In this document: piece after piece, positions 5,457-5,942 of the stretch | Layout: each line of letters opens with the position of its first letter | Position numbering within the stretch: the first letter of the stretch is position 1 | Source: Candidatus Wukongarchaeum yapensis | GTDB taxonomy: Archaea; Asgardarchaeota; Wukongarchaeia; Wukongarchaeales; Wukongarchaeaceae | Direction: 5' to 3' | Assembly: GCA_016840425.1 (NCBI GenBank) | Contig: JAEOSI010000149.1 | Span: 1 to 5,942, forward strand | Length of the DNA: 5,942 bases | The notes under the pieces: generated by a model | Told to the model about the DNA's origin: nothing | Databases searched by the model: none | Seen by the model: only the letters and a program-made list of their open reading frames with translations | Made by a program: the position numbers and the translations under genes

Positions 5457-5488
5457 TCTTTATAGTTTTTCTACTCTTTATAGTTTTT
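5457..5488 (-). promoter_or_regulatory. Tandem 14 bp direct repeat forming duplicated BRE/TATA elements
   Basis: TCTTTATAGTTTTT at 5457-5470 and 5475-5488 reads AAAAAC-TATAAA-GA twice on the - strand (18 bp period), 32-63 nt upstream of ATG 5425. Confidence 0.65.
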
Positions 5489-5632
5489 TACCCTTAGAGA
5501 AGATTTTCACGGTAAAAGGATGAAAAATTTCTGAACATCTCTACTGATTATAACCATTGAGAGCTTCTTCAGCTTTTCTTCAACCTGATCTTCTCTAAAG
5601 CCTCTTTCTGAGCCTCGCTGAAAGTTTACCTT

Positions 5633-5941
5633 TCATTTTAGCAATCTCTTTATTGAGATCACCTCATCAGGAAAGTTCTTGATCAACCTATTCTTTTTCA
5701 AATTCTCTTTTACTATCCAAAGAATATCTACATCTTTGGAATCTATAAGCTGATACACATATCCAAAACCTTCTTTTGGAACCGCACAAATAACAACACT
5801 TAAGGAATAACCTAATGCTTGTTTCAATTTCTTGAATGCCTCAGATTTACGCTCTTTAGAAGTGCCTATCTGGTCAAAGATCTTTTTATGCAACTCTAAC
5901 CCCTGTCTTGCAGCCTGCTTATTTCGCAACAAAACAGGTTC
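5633..5941 (-). CDS. C-terminal part (5'-truncated by window edge) of a hypothetical alpha-helical protein, possibly HEAT/AlkD-like
   Basis: The frame stays open to the window edge (EPVLLRNKQ...), so TTG 5932 is probably internal Leu. Amphipathic helices are present (FKKLKQALGYSLSVV, DVDILWIVKENLKKNRL), and the DxDxxxxWIVKENL segment recalls the last repeat of AlkD-like HEAT proteins. The family call is weak. Confidence 0.55.
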   Translation of the reverse strand, partial: EPVLLRNKQAARQGLELHKKIFDQIGTSKERKSEAFKKLKQALGYSLSVVICAVPKEGFGYVYQLIDSKDVDILWIVKENLKKNRLIKNFPDEVISIKRLLK

Positions 5942-5942
5942 A

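Noticed and set aside
1-5942. CRISPR array, tRNA or rRNA genes
   Set aside because: No regularly spaced repeats, cloverleaf or rRNA signature was seen on either strand.

Overview
Archaeal genomic window, probably Asgard-like judging by BRE/TATA promoters, oligo-T terminators and an Ig-like surface-protein module; the taxonomy is inferred, not proven. The + strand holds the 3' part of a membrane-anchored beta-propeller/Ig-like surface glycoprotein, then a tightly coupled pair: a divergent CorA-like 2-TM protein without the GMN motif and a standalone class I glutamine amidotransferase. The - strand holds adenosylhomocysteinase (ahcY), a small V4R-like Cys/His protein and the 3' end of a helical-repeat-like protein. 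The most notable feature is a ~275 bp ORF-less IS200/IS605-family mini-element (4360/4361-4634) inserted at a TTTAA motif just upstream of ahcY. It keeps both transposon-end hairpins, has its own TATA promoter, and appears to encode a fully folded ~180 nt TnpB-type omegaRNA scaffold with a 5' domain that does not read as tnpB. Its predicted guide is the ahcY promoter flank. All RNA structures and protein family calls were made by eye and need computational confirmation.
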